Source: Patescibacteria group bacterium
GTDB taxonomy: Bacteria > Patescibacteriota > Minisyncoccia > Phycocordibacterales > UBA12079
Direction: 5' to 3'
Assembly: GCA_043800905.1 (NCBI GenBank)
Contig: JAZDMO010000007.1
Location: 1,627-65,626, forward strand
Length of the DNA stretch: 64,000 bases
In this document: positions 39,121 through 49,249 of the stretch, one piece after another
How positions within the stretch are numbered: the first letter of the stretch is position 1
Layout: each line of letters begins with the position of its first letter
Program-made: the position numbers and the translations under genes
Notes under the pieces: generated by a model
What the model was told of the DNA's origin: nothing
Seen by the model: only the letters and a program-made list of their open reading frames with translations
The model's database searches: none

Positions 39121-40203
39121 ATGAAATTATTAATCGTAACGCAAAAAGTAGATAAGAATGATGATGTACTCGGTTTTATGCACGGGTGGATTTCTGAATT
39201 TGCAAAACATTGTGAAAAGGTGACAGTAATTGCTTTAGGTGTGGGTGAATATGATTTACCTCGAAATGTAAAAGTCTTATCCTTGGGAAAGAATAATTTG
39301 TTATTGCGAGGAGTGAAGCGAAGCGGAACGACGTGGCAATCCAGCAACAAAAGTCGTAAAAAATATATTTTTAATTTTTATAAATATATCTGGCAGGAGC
39401 GAAAAAATTACGATAATGTGTTTGTTCACATGAACCCCGAATACGTGGTTCTAGGGTCAATTTTATGGCGATTTTGGGGTAAAAGGGTGGGACTTTGGTA
39501 CACACATAAGGCTGTTAATTTAAAGTTAAGGATAGCTGAGAAAATGGCTAATTTGGTGTTCTCGGCTAGTTCAGAATCTTTTGGTTTAAAAAGCAAAAAA
39601 CTTCATATTACGGGTCATGGAATTAATTTAGAACAGCTTAAAATTAAGAAAGATAAAATTCAAAATGAGATTTTCAAAATGATTTTAGTCGGAAGGATTG
39701 CTCCCATAAAAAATCAAGACATCTTGATTAAATCGGCGGTAATTTTAAAAAATAAATATCTGGATTTTAAATTTAAAATTGATTTAATTGGTGGGGCTGA
39801 TTCATATGTTCAAAGAGAATATAAAGTGCTTCTTGAAAGTTTGGTTAAAACAAATAATTTAGAAAATGAAATTAGTTTCGTTTCTCCTGTCGCTAATAAA
39901 GAAATCAATGCTATTTATGAAAAAGCGAATTTAAGTTTAAATTTGTGTCCCACAGGAGGAGCTGACAAAGTGGTTTTGGAATCAATGGCTTGTGAATTGC
40001 CTGTTATAGTTTTTAATAAAACCTTTGAGAATATTTTACCCGAAGAATTAATTTTAGAAAAATTAGAACCAGAACTTTTAGCAGAAAAAATTTATGAAAT
40101 TTCTCAGAAGAAAAATTTGAATTTTGGATTAAGAGAAAGGGTTGAAAAAAGTCATAATTTGAAAAAATTAATCATTAAGATTTTAAATTTATATTATGCT
40201 TAA
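39121..40203 (+). CDS. Glycosyltransferase family 4 (contains an in-frame REP)
   Basis: VHMNPEY, LWYTH, GHGI, VGRIAPIKN, DKVVLESMAC. Confidence 0.9.
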   Translation: MKLLIVTQKVDKNDDVLGFMHGWISEFAKHCEKVTVIALGVGEYDLPRNVKVLSLGKNNLLLRGVKRSGTTWQSSNKSRKKYIFNFYKYIWQERKNYDNVFVHMNPEYVVLGSILWRFWGKRVGLWYTHKAVNLKLRIAEKMANLVFSASSESFGLKSKKLHITGHGINLEQLKIKKDKIQNEIFKMILVGRIAPIKNQDILIKSAVILKNKYLDFKFKIDLIGGADSYVQREYKVLLESLVKTNNLENEISFVSPVANKEINAIYEKANLSLNLCPTGGADKVVLESMACELPVIVFNKTFENILPEELILEKLEPELLAEKIYEISQKKNLNFGLRERVEKSHNLKKLIIKILNLYYA

Positions 40204-41225
40204 AGTTTGTTTTTTTGGAATTTATAATCCTGAGTATTCGAGAAACCGGGTGTTGATGAACGGTTTACGTCAAAACGATGTGGTTGTTTTAGAATGTCGT
40301 TCAGAAAAGACTGGTTTTAAAAAATATATTGATTTAATTAAAAAACATTGGAAGATAAGAAAAGATTATAATGTTTTGTTCGTGGCGTTTCCGGGTTTCC
40401 AAACAATGATTTTAGCTCGTTTTCTTACTAGAAAGAAAATAATTTTTGATTCCTTTGCCCCCATTTATGAATCTGAAGTTTTGGATAGAAAAAATATAAA
40501 AAAAGAAAGTTTAAAAGCTAAATATTATTGGTTGCTTGATTGGGCTTCTTTTAAATTAGCAGATATTGTTTTAGTTTTTACTGATGAATACAGAAAATAC
40601 TTTATAGAAAGTTTTAATATTGATGAAAAAAAAGATAAGAAAAATTTTATTGGGGACTTCGACTGATTTATTTTTTCCCCAAAATGCTATTGAAGACGGA
40701 AAGTTTAAGATTTATTTTTATGGACATTTGATTCCCTTACAAGGACAGGAATATATTCTTGAGGCAGCTTGTTTGTTAGAAAAACACGATGATATTGTTT
40801 TTTTGATGGGTGGGTCGGTTGCTAAGAAAAAATATGATGACGGTTCTTTCAAAAATGTAATTTTTAAAGAAAATGTTTTTAAAGAAAAATTGGCCGAGGA
40901 TATTCAAGGAAGTGATGTTTGTTTAGGAATTTTTGGTGACACAATAAAATCAAAAAGAGTTATTCCGAATAAAATTTATGATTATGTCGCTTGTAGAAAA
41001 CCAGTAATTACAGCCGATACACCTGCTATTAGAGAATTATTTGACGAGAATGATTTATATTTAGTGCCAACCGCTAATTCAGAGGCTTTAGCTAAAGCTA
41101 TTTTGAAATTAAAAGAAGATTCTGACTTAAGAGAAAAATTAGCTGAAAATAGTTATAATAAGTTTACTCAAAACTGTACTCCCAAAATATTAGGTAAAGA
41201 ATTGTTAAAGATTATCTCTTTTTAA
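40196..41225 (+). pseudogene. Glycosyltransferase family 4 split by a frameshift in an A8 run (40626-40633)
   Basis: ORFs 40196-40666 (N domain) and 40620-41225 (FYGHLIPLQG, CLGIFG, IPNKIYDY, ITADTP) fuse if one A is removed. Confidence 0.85.
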
Positions 41226-41229
41226 AATA

Positions 41230-42258
41230 ATGAAAATTTATATAAGTAAAATTTTAGATTTACCATACCTTCCAATTTTGTACCCCAATTTAGGATTTCA
41301 AACAAAAGGAGGTTTTTTATTTTTAAATAAAGGTCAAAACTTTTTTGATAAAACTTTTTTTGATTTAGTTTTTGAACCTGAAGAAGCTGATTTTTTAATG
41401 TTGCCCCATAATTACCCTTTGATAAAAAATCAAGAAAATTATTTAAAAGAAATAATAGACCTTTCTAAAAAATTACAAAAGAAAATTATTGTTTTTGTAT
41501 ATGGAGATTCAGACGGGGAAGTTAATATAGAAAATTCTGTGGTTTTTAGAACTTCACAATATAAATTTAAAAAGAAATTTAATGAAATTATCGCCCCTCC
41601 TTTTATAGAAGATTTGTTAGAAAATACAAATATTTCTTTGCGAGAGAAAAAAGAAAAACCAAGAGTTGGTTTTTGTGGTTTTGCTGATATCAGAGGTTGG
41701 AAAGGAAAATTAAAATTTTGGATTAAAACTTTTTTTGCTTCAAGAGAAGTTTATCGGCAAGGAATTTTCTTTAGGAAAAAAGCTATTAAGGTTTTAGAAA
41801 AATCTAATTTAGTAAAAACTAATTTTATTTTAAGGGACTTTTATTCAGGAAATTTAAAAACGATTAAAATTCTTCCTGAAATTGCAAGAAATGAATATAT
41901 AAATAACCTTTTAAATTCTGATTTCGTCTTAGCTCCTAAAGGTGACGGTAATTTTTCTTTGAGATTTTTTGAAGCTCTTTCTCTTGGAAGAATCCCTGTG
42001 TTAATTGATACTGAGTGTATTCTTCCTTTGGAAGAAGTAGCTAATTATGATGATTTTGTTTTAAGAATTGACTATAAGAATATCTCTAACTTAGATAAGA
42101 TTATTTTTGATTTTTATGATAAATTATCTGATAAGGATTGGGAAAATATGCAAAAAATGGCGAGAGAAAGTTTTGTTAATTATCTTAATGTGAAAAGCTT
42201 TTACCAACTCTTTTTTTCTGATAACGGTTTTTTGATGAAAAATTATTTGAATCTATGA
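41230..42258 (+). CDS. Exostosin-like glycosyltransferase (GT47)
   Basis: SDFVLAPKGDGNFSLRFFEALSLGRIPVLID. Confidence 0.85.
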   Translation: MKIYISKILDLPYLPILYPNLGFQTKGGFLFLNKGQNFFDKTFFDLVFEPEEADFLMLPHNYPLIKNQENYLKEIIDLSKKLQKKIIVFVYGDSDGEVNIENSVVFRTSQYKFKKKFNEIIAPPFIEDLLENTNISLREKKEKPRVGFCGFADIRGWKGKLKFWIKTFFASREVYRQGIFFRKKAIKVLEKSNLVKTNFILRDFYSGNLKTIKILPEIARNEYINNLLNSDFVLAPKGDGNFSLRFFEALSLGRIPVLIDTECILPLEEVANYDDFVLRIDYKNISNLDKIIFDFYDKLSDKDWENMQKMARESFVNYLNVKSFYQLFFSDNGFLMKNYLNL

Positions 42259-43292
42259 AATATAAAAATTTAATTTATTTTCAAAACGGGTCCATGGGGG
42301 ATTTTTTAATGACAATTTTCTTCTTGGAAAATGTTTATTTAAATAATCCTGAATTGAATCTTTATGTCGTGGTGCCAAAAAGTGAAAAGCTTCTACAACA
42401 ATTTTTAGAAAAATATTCTTACATTAAAATAATTTTAGTAAATCGTAAATCCTATAAGGGGATTTCGGGAATGATAAAATTATTAAAATTTTATTTTTCT
42501 TCTAATTTGGTTTTAACAGCTCCCACCCCAGGAAAACTTTCCTTGTTGGTAAAGTTGCAAGCTAAAATGATAGCTTTGATGCCATATTCTAAATTGGTAG
42601 GTTTTGACGATGGAGAGAAAATAAATGAAACTATTTATAATGAAGTTTTAGACTATCATACAGATATAATTTATCCCGAATTTTTAAAACAAGTTTTGCT
42701 TTCACTAGGTTTTGAAATCAAAATAGAAAATCCTTTATTTAGATATCAAAAAGACGAAAACATCTTGAAAAGAATGGATTTAACAGAAAATAGTTTTGTG
42801 GTAATTAATCCTTTGGCGGCTACACAAGGAAGAAGTTTAAACGGAAAAGAAATGTCAGATTTTATAAAAGAAATTAAAAAAATAAATAATAATTTAAAAA
42901 TTGTTTTAACTGGAGGAGGAAATGATAGCGAAATTCTTCAAAATTTCTCTAAAATTTTTGACAATGTTTTTGTTTTTGTTAATTTAAGAATAACTGATTT
43001 ATGTAATTTAATTGAGGGAGCAAATTTATTTGTGGGGGTAGACACGGGGACTACTCACCTTGCTTCTTTTTTAAATAAAAAATCTTTGGTTATCGCTAAA
43101 AACGGAACTCCAAATTGGTTGCCTTATTACAATAAAAATGCTCGTATTTTATTTTCAATTAACAATTGCAACCAAGTGATTTATGAAGGAAGAGATTTTT
43201 TGGAAAAAAATAGGGGTAGTAAATTAAGATGTTTAGAAAATGTTCCTGTTGAGGTTGTTAAAAGATCTTTAGGCGAAATATTAACAAAATAA
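42255..43292 (+). CDS. Glycosyltransferase family 9
   Basis: SMGDFLM, VINPLA, LTGG, FVGVDTGTTHLA. Confidence 0.85.
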   Translation: MKYKNLIYFQNGSMGDFLMTIFFLENVYLNNPELNLYVVVPKSEKLLQQFLEKYSYIKIILVNRKSYKGISGMIKLLKFYFSSNLVLTAPTPGKLSLLVKLQAKMIALMPYSKLVGFDDGEKINETIYNEVLDYHTDIIYPEFLKQVLLSLGFEIKIENPLFRYQKDENILKRMDLTENSFVVINPLAATQGRSLNGKEMSDFIKEIKKINNNLKIVLTGGGNDSEILQNFSKIFDNVFVFVNLRITDLCNLIEGANLFVGVDTGTTHLASFLNKKSLVIAKNGTPNWLPYYNKNARILFSINNCNQVIYEGRDFLEKNRGSKLRCLENVPVEVVKRSLGEILTK

Positions 43293-44444
43293 ATGGAAAA
43301 AGAAACATATTCAAAAAGAATAGCTTTTTATACGATTGCTTTGCATAGCGGTGGTGGTGAAAGAGTGCTTTTGGATTTGGCACAGGGATTTGTGGAAGAC
43401 GGTTTTAAGGTGGATTTGCTTTTATTTCGTCGCGAAGGTTCGTTAAAAGATAAAGTAGACTCTAGAATAAATATTATTGAACTAGAATCTTCTCGGATTG
43501 CTTTTTCTATTTTCCCAATAATAAAATATCTGAGAGAAAAAAAACCTTTGTTTATTTTAGGAACCTCCGAGCATGCTAACTTGATTTTAATTTTAGCTAA
43601 AATGATTTCTATGACTAAGACAAAAATTTTTGTTAGAGTTGGAATGACTTTTTCTGATTTATTTAAGCAGTATAAAAATAAACGAGACAGATTAATCCCT
43701 TTTTTGATTAAATTTTTGTATCCCTATGCGGATAAAATAATTGCTAATTCTCAAAATGTAGCTTTTGATTTAGAAAGGGTTTCTAAAATTCCAAAAAATA
43801 AAATACAGGTTATTTATAATCCAAAGTTTATTTCAGAGATAGAAAAAAGAGCAGTTCAGGGAGAGTGGAAATATTCTGATAAATTTACTATTTTGGCTAT
43901 TGGAAGATTACAAAAACAAAAAGATTTTGAAACCTTAATTAAAGCTTTTTCTTTAGTAAAACAAAAAATAGATGCTCAACTAATTATTTTAGGGGAGGGA
44001 GGGGAAAAAGATAATTTAAATAATTTAATTTATGAATTGAATTTGAGAGGATATGTTTATTTGGTTGGTTTTGTGGAAAATCCTTATTTGTATATGAAAA
44101 ACGCAGATGTTTTTGTTTCCTCTTCACTTTGGGAAGGCTTTTCTAATGCTCTAGTAGAAGCCGGTATTTTATCTTTGCCGATTATCGCTACTGATTGCGG
44201 ATCCGGGTCAAGGGAATTATTGGCCCCTCGCTCTGACTTTAATAAAACCTTAGAAAAAGGTAAAATAGAATATGTACAAAATGGAATCTTGGTAGCAAAA
44301 CAAGATATAGAAAAAATAGCGGAAGCTATTATTTGTCTTTTTGAGGATGAAGTTTTAAGAAAAAAATATTCAGAAAGAATTCAAAAACAAAGTCAAAAAT
44401 TTGAAATAAAGAAAATATTAGAAGAGTATAAAAAATTAATTTAA
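43293..44444 (+). CDS. Glycosyltransferase family 4
   Basis: GGGERV, VIYNP, IGRLQKQKDF, SSLWEGFSNALVEA. Confidence 0.92.
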   Translation: MEKETYSKRIAFYTIALHSGGGERVLLDLAQGFVEDGFKVDLLLFRREGSLKDKVDSRINIIELESSRIAFSIFPIIKYLREKKPLFILGTSEHANLILILAKMISMTKTKIFVRVGMTFSDLFKQYKNKRDRLIPFLIKFLYPYADKIIANSQNVAFDLERVSKIPKNKIQVIYNPKFISEIEKRAVQGEWKYSDKFTILAIGRLQKQKDFETLIKAFSLVKQKIDAQLIILGEGGEKDNLNNLIYELNLRGYVYLVGFVENPYLYMKNADVFVSSSLWEGFSNALVEAGILSLPIIATDCGSGSRELLAPRSDFNKTLEKGKIEYVQNGILVAKQDIEKIAEAIICLFEDEVLRKKYSERIQKQSQKFEIKKILEEYKKLI

Positions 44445-44445
44445 A

Positions 44446-45117
44446 GTGAAAGTATTTATATTAAAATTAATAGTAAAATACAGAAAATTAGAAAGTATAT
44501 TCTTGTGGTTGTTAAAAGATATTACTGTAAAAGTTCATGATGTAAGAATTAAAACCCATATTACTGATATGTCAGATGCTCAAACTTTTAGGGAAATATT
44601 TTTAAAAGGAGAATATGATAGAGAATTAGGAACTCCAAAAACAATTTTAGACTTAGGTTCTAATGTTGGTTATTCAATATTATTTTTTAAGGCAAAATAT
44701 CCGGATGCTGTGATTTGTGGATATGAGGCAAACCCCGAAACTTTTAAAAAATTAAAAAGAAATGTGGGCCATTTAAATAATGTAAAGATTTTTAATAAGG
44801 CCATAAGTGACAAAAACGGTTTTGAAAAAATGTATTTAGGTAGTAGTTCAGCATCATCTTCTTTAGTGGATAGATTTGATGAAAATTTTCCTACAGCGCA
44901 AGTAGAATGTATAGAGTTACCCAAGCAAGATTTTGATTTAATTAAATTTGATATAGAGGGAGGGGAACATAAGGTTATAAAGAACCCAACAAATACTAAA
45001 TATATTATAGGAGAGGTTCATTATGATTTAGGGAGTGGATTTAAATTAGATAATTTTGATTTAAAAATTATTAAAATATCAAGGTACCGAGAAGTTGTAT
45101 GGGGTTATCTTAAATAA
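44446..45117 (+). CDS. FkbM-family methyltransferase
   Basis: ILDLGSNVG, YEANP, IKFDIEGGE. Confidence 0.87.
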   Translation: MKVFILKLIVKYRKLESIFLWLLKDITVKVHDVRIKTHITDMSDAQTFREIFLKGEYDRELGTPKTILDLGSNVGYSILFFKAKYPDAVICGYEANPETFKKLKRNVGHLNNVKIFNKAISDKNGFEKMYLGSSSASSSLVDRFDENFPTAQVECIELPKQDFDLIKFDIEGGEHKVIKNPTNTKYIIGEVHYDLGSGFKLDNFDLKIIKISRYREVVWGYLK

Positions 45118-45756
45118 ATGATCAAAATTAAAATATATAAATCAAAAGAAAAGTTAATTAAAGATAAAATTTCTAAAGATGATGTAGTTTTGGATGTGGG
45201 TTTTTGGGGGCAGAATACGAATATAGATAGTAAAGATTGGGTGCATAAAATTTTATTATCTCAGAGTAGTAATGTTTTTGGTGTTGATTTAAATTTCGAT
45301 GGTGGTCGATTGAGAAATCTTGGAAATTATAGAAAACAATCAGCTGAAAATTTTGATTTTGATAAAAAATTTGATGTAATTTTTGCCGGAGATTTAATTG
45401 AGCACCTTTCAAATTTAGGTTTATTTTTGGATTCTTGTAAGAGAAATTTAAAAGATGAAGGAACATTGATAATTACTACCCCAAACGCTTTTGGTCTTTT
45501 TAATATAATGGAAAAACTTTTAAAAAAAGAGCCAAGTGTAAATAGTGATCATACTGTCTATTTTAATTTTATAGTTCTTAAAAAATTATTAGAAAAGAAT
45601 GGCTGGGAAGTTACAGAAGAAAGTTATTTAGATGATGTGTGGCCTAAATATAGACAAAGTCTAAAAAGAAAATTTCTCTATTTGATTTATAAATTTTTTA
45701 ATTTTTTTACTGATAAGTTTGTGGAAAATCTAGTAATTATTGTTAAAAAAAAATGA
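45118..45756 (+). CDS. Class I SAM-dependent methyltransferase
   Basis: VLDVG, FDVIFAGDLIEHL, LIITTPN. Confidence 0.87.
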   Translation: MIKIKIYKSKEKLIKDKISKDDVVLDVGFWGQNTNIDSKDWVHKILLSQSSNVFGVDLNFDGGRLRNLGNYRKQSAENFDFDKKFDVIFAGDLIEHLSNLGLFLDSCKRNLKDEGTLIITTPNAFGLFNIMEKLLKKEPSVNSDHTVYFNFIVLKKLLEKNGWEVTEESYLDDVWPKYRQSLKRKFLYLIYKFFNFFTDKFVENLVIIVKKK

Positions 45757-46475
45757 AAAATAAAGTTGTAATTTATACAGCCATTTTTGGCGGAAAAGAT
45801 AACTTGATTGAACCGGAATTTATTCCTGAAGGATGTGATTTTGTGTGTTTTACTGATTCAGATTTTGTTTCGGGTGTTTGGGAAGTTAGAAAAGTAAAAC
45901 CTGAGTTTGAAGATCCAAACAGAAGCGCAAAAATTTACAAAATTTTGCCTCATAAATATTTTCCAGAATATGAAATTAGTATTTGGATTGATGGAAATAT
46001 GTTGGTGAAAGGGGATGTGAGTGAGTTAATAAAAAAATATTTAAAAGATGTTAACTTTTCAGCTTTTGACCATACCCCCTATAGAAAATTTTGGAAAAAG
46101 TTTTTTCCTTTGAAATTCGAAGAATATCGTGATTGTGTTTACGATGAAGCAAGATTCATTTTAGAGCTTGGTAAAAAGAGAGTGAAATATAAAGATGATC
46201 CTGAATTAATTAAATTTCAAATAGAAAAATATCGTAAAGAAAATTATCCCAAACATAGTGGTTTAATAGTGGGGATGGTTTTGTTGAGAAGACATAATGA
46301 AGAAGATGTCATACAAACAATGGAAGCTTGGTGGCAAGAAATTCAAAATGGAAGTTGTAGAGACCAATTAAGTTTTAATTATGTCGCTTGGAAAAATAAT
46401 TTTAATTTTTGTTATATAGAACAAAGTTCTAGAAAAAACAGGTGGTTTCTACATACACAACACAGGTTAAAATAG
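45753..46475 (+). CDS. DUF616 (TOD1/MUCI70-like) glycosyltransferase
   Basis: VIYTAIFG, FVCFTD, KILPH, SIWIDGN, RDQLSFNYVAW. Confidence 0.85.
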   Translation: MKNKVVIYTAIFGGKDNLIEPEFIPEGCDFVCFTDSDFVSGVWEVRKVKPEFEDPNRSAKIYKILPHKYFPEYEISIWIDGNMLVKGDVSELIKKYLKDVNFSAFDHTPYRKFWKKFFPLKFEEYRDCVYDEARFILELGKKRVKYKDDPELIKFQIEKYRKENYPKHSGLIVGMVLLRRHNEEDVIQTMEAWWQEIQNGSCRDQLSFNYVAWKNNFNFCYIEQSSRKNRWFLHTQHRLK

Positions 46476-46484
46476 AGCTTTAAA

Positions 46485-47342
46485 TTAAATTTTAAGTATC
46501 TTTTTTAAGATGAGTTTAATTTTCTTTTTAATGCTTGTTTTTTGCCCATAAAACCATTTGTTTTCTCTTTCTGCATATAGTCCTGCATTCAAATATTTTT
46601 TAATATTAATTCTTTCTTTATATTTTTTCCTTTGCTGTTTTAATCTTTCCCCTGTTATGTTTGTGTGGAAGACTGTCCAGTCTTCATCTTCTTCCTTCAT
46701 CAAAGTATAAACTTTGTGTTTTTGAATGTAATTTTCCCAAGCTACCTCGACAGTTCTTCTTTGGTTTGGTTCAGGATTATTTTCTCTAAAACCGGAATCA
46801 ATAAAATCACCTGCATATTCTCGCATAGCTTTTGTGTGAGTGTCTCTTTTTATAAGCGCGAAGTTTTCGCTTAATCTGTCGCTGAAATAATAACCGTCCC
46901 AAGCATTATGATGTTTTGCTTTATAGTTAGAAGAACCGCCAAAGGCAAAAATTTCTCCTTTATTAAGAAAGGAAATTGCTTTTTCTAACCAGCCATCATT
47001 TTTTTGACAATAAGGGAGAGTATCAAATTTAAAAAATAACAAATATTTTTTTCGTGACAAATTGGCAACATGATATTCTCGTATATGAGCAAAATCTTTT
47101 CCTTTTTCTGGATGATTTTCTTTATTTAATGAGAGAGTATCTATTAATCCTTGATCTAATAATTCAAGATAGGCTTTTTTTGTGTTTTGATTGCTTCCTG
47201 CGTCCATAATAATAACTTCTGCTGGTTTTCCACCAAGGAATTTAAACCAGTCCAAAAGAACATCTTTTAAATTTTCATGATTGCCATAATTGGCACAAAC
47301 CATAGAAATTTCATTTAGAATATTTTGTTTATTTTCGCTCAT
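46485..47342 (-). CDS. GT-A fold (GT2-like) protein
   Basis: EVIIMDAGS, YLLFFKFD; located in the glycan locus. Confidence 0.6.
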   Translation of the reverse strand: MSENKQNILNEISMVCANYGNHENLKDVLLDWFKFLGGKPAEVIIMDAGSNQNTKKAYLELLDQGLIDTLSLNKENHPEKGKDFAHIREYHVANLSRKKYLLFFKFDTLPYCQKNDGWLEKAISFLNKGEIFAFGGSSNYKAKHHNAWDGYYFSDRLSENFALIKRDTHTKAMREYAGDFIDSGFRENNPEPNQRRTVEVAWENYIQKHKVYTLMKEEDEDWTVFHTNITGERLKQQRKKYKERINIKKYLNAGLYAERENKWFYGQKTSIKKKIKLILKKILKI

Positions 47343-47349
47343 AAGTTTA

Positions 47350-48249
47350 TTATTTTTCTATCCATGCAAATAATTTGGTTTTGGTTTTGTATATTGTGTA
47401 TTTCGGAACAAACAATTTTATTTTACTTTCAATTATTTCAGGGTCGTCTGGGAGGTGATAGGTACAAATAGCTATTTTCGGTTTATACTTTTGAATGGTA
47501 TTTCTCGCCCCATCTAGAAATTTTCTTTCAGCTCCCTCTATATCTATTTTTATAAAGTCTATTTTAGTTATAGTTTGATTTTTTTCAATAAAAGAATCTA
47601 GAGTAATTTGTTGTACTTCTTCAATTTCTGTATTTTTCCCTTGTCTTTCGCTAGAGCTACTAACCAATTTATCTTTATTTACAAAAAAATTAATATTTGT
47701 ATTGATATCACCCAGTGCATATGGGAGATATTGAATATTAGTTATATTATTTGTTTTTATATTTTTGTTTAAAAAAATACCCGTTTCTTTTATTGGTTCA
47801 AAGGAAAAAATTTTTCCACCACCTCCTATTTGTTGTGACGCAAATATAGAAAAAAGTCCTATATTTGATCCTGCATCAATGACAACATCATCTTTTTCTA
47901 AAAATACTCCGTTTTCTTCATAGGGGCCTTCAAAATCTAAAAGTAAATTATTATTTAATATGTTCTTTTTTATAAATTCATTTTTAGACAGTAATATTGA
48001 AACAATATCACCCACAGGAAGGTGATTATTGTAAAAAAAAGTATAACCCATACAGACAAAGTTTTTTTCGTTCTGATTATAATCAATGAGATTTCTTTTT
48101 TTTAAAATATTAGGAATCCAATTTCTTTTTTTTAATCTTTTAAAAACAAGATTAGGAGATATTGAGTAAATAATAATAAAAATATTTTTCCCCCAGGATT
48201 CTTTAATAAGAAAATTTATTCTTGGAATTATCTTTTTTAATAAATTCAT
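47350..48249 (-). CDS. FkbM-family methyltransferase
   Basis: VIDAGSNIGLFS, FSFEP, ITLDSF, IKIDIEGAE, IAICTYH. Confidence 0.9.
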   Translation of the reverse strand: MNLLKKIIPRINFLIKESWGKNIFIIIYSISPNLVFKRLKKRNWIPNILKKRNLIDYNQNEKNFVCMGYTFFYNNHLPVGDIVSILLSKNEFIKKNILNNNLLLDFEGPYEENGVFLEKDDVVIDAGSNIGLFSIFASQQIGGGGKIFSFEPIKETGIFLNKNIKTNNITNIQYLPYALGDINTNINFFVNKDKLVSSSSERQGKNTEIEEVQQITLDSFIEKNQTITKIDFIKIDIEGAERKFLDGARNTIQKYKPKIAICTYHLPDDPEIIESKIKLFVPKYTIYKTKTKLFAWIEK

Positions 48250-48328
48250 AAAATTATTATATCATAAAGTTGGGTTCGTTGAGAAAACCTTTATTTTAAG
48301 TGCATATTTGTTTATACTTTAGTTAAAT

Positions 48329-49249
48329 ATGTCTTTAAATCCTAAAATTAGTGTTATTATTCCAACTCACAATAGACCTGAATTATTGGAAAGGGCTATT
48401 CAAAGTGTTTTATGTCAAACATTTCAAGACTTTGAAATTATTGTTATTGATGATGGTTTAGAGAAACGAGCGGATAAAATTATTAGCCAAATTTCAGATG
48501 AAAGAATCCAATATATTCAGAATATTAAAAATTTAGGGGCTTCTGCTTCAAGAAATGTTGGTATTAACAAAGCGAAGGGTAAATACATTACTTTTTTAGA
48601 TGATGATGACGAATTCTATCCAGAGAAAATAGAAAAACAGTATCAAATTATTGAAGCTAGTTTTGAAAAAATAGATTTTGTGTATTGTATTGTTGATGTT
48701 TATTCTCAACAGAGTGGTGATTTTATTTACACACAAAAACATGATTTCAAAGAAGGTGTGCAATCTTTTTTTGAAGAAGCTCTTTCTTTGAAAATGGCAG
48801 TAGCTACCCCTTCAATTTTTTGTAAAAAGAAGAAGGTTTTGGAAATAGGGGGTTTTGATGAAAATTTTCCTAATGCAGAAGATAAAGATTTTTTTATAAG
48901 ATTGTCAAAAAATAGTCAGGGATTTTTTATAAATCAGTCTTTGGTCAAGGTTAATTTTTTTGATGAAAAAGAAAATCGTTTAAGTGGAAATTTAAAATCT
49001 AGAATTATAGGTCGTGAAATGTTAATAAAAAAATATAATACTGATTTATTTAAAAGACCAAAGATTTTAGGTAAACATCTTTTTCTATTAGCTTTTCTTT
49101 ATCAAGAAGATGGTAATTTAAAGAAAACTCAGGAATTGTTTTTTCAGGCGTGGAAATTAGATAAAACAAACTTTATTTTTTTGAAACAGATTTTAAAGAA
49201 TTTATATCTAAGATTTTTTCAAAAGACATTTAATAAAAAATCTAGATAG
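48329..49249 (+). CDS. Glycosyltransferase family 2
   Basis: ISVIIPTHNR, IIVIDDG, ASRNVGI, FLDDDD, AEDKD. Confidence 0.92.
   Translation: MSLNPKISVIIPTHNRPELLERAIQSVLCQTFQDFEIIVIDDGLEKRADKIISQISDERIQYIQNIKNLGASASRNVGINKAKGKYITFLDDDDEFYPEKIEKQYQIIEASFEKIDFVYCIVDVYSQQSGDFIYTQKHDFKEGVQSFFEEALSLKMAVATPSIFCKKKKVLEIGGFDENFPNAEDKDFFIRLSKNSQGFFINQSLVKVNFFDEKENRLSGNLKSRIIGREMLIKKYNTDLFKRPKILGKHLFLLAFLYQEDGNLKKTQELFFQAWKLDKTNFIFLKQILKNLYLRFFQKTFNKKSR

Noticed and set aside
40626-40634. A-AAA-AAG as a programmed -1 frameshift
   Set aside because: Joining the two ORFs needs a +1 shift (loss of one A), not -1.
42255-43292. GT9 as evidence for LPS core biosynthesis
   Set aside because: No lipid A, Kdo or heptose pathway genes are in the window; family membership does not fix the substrate.
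49208-49249. 42-bp 3' overlap of convergent GT2 genes
   Set aside because: Short convergent overlaps are common in compact genomes and nothing further suggests a function.
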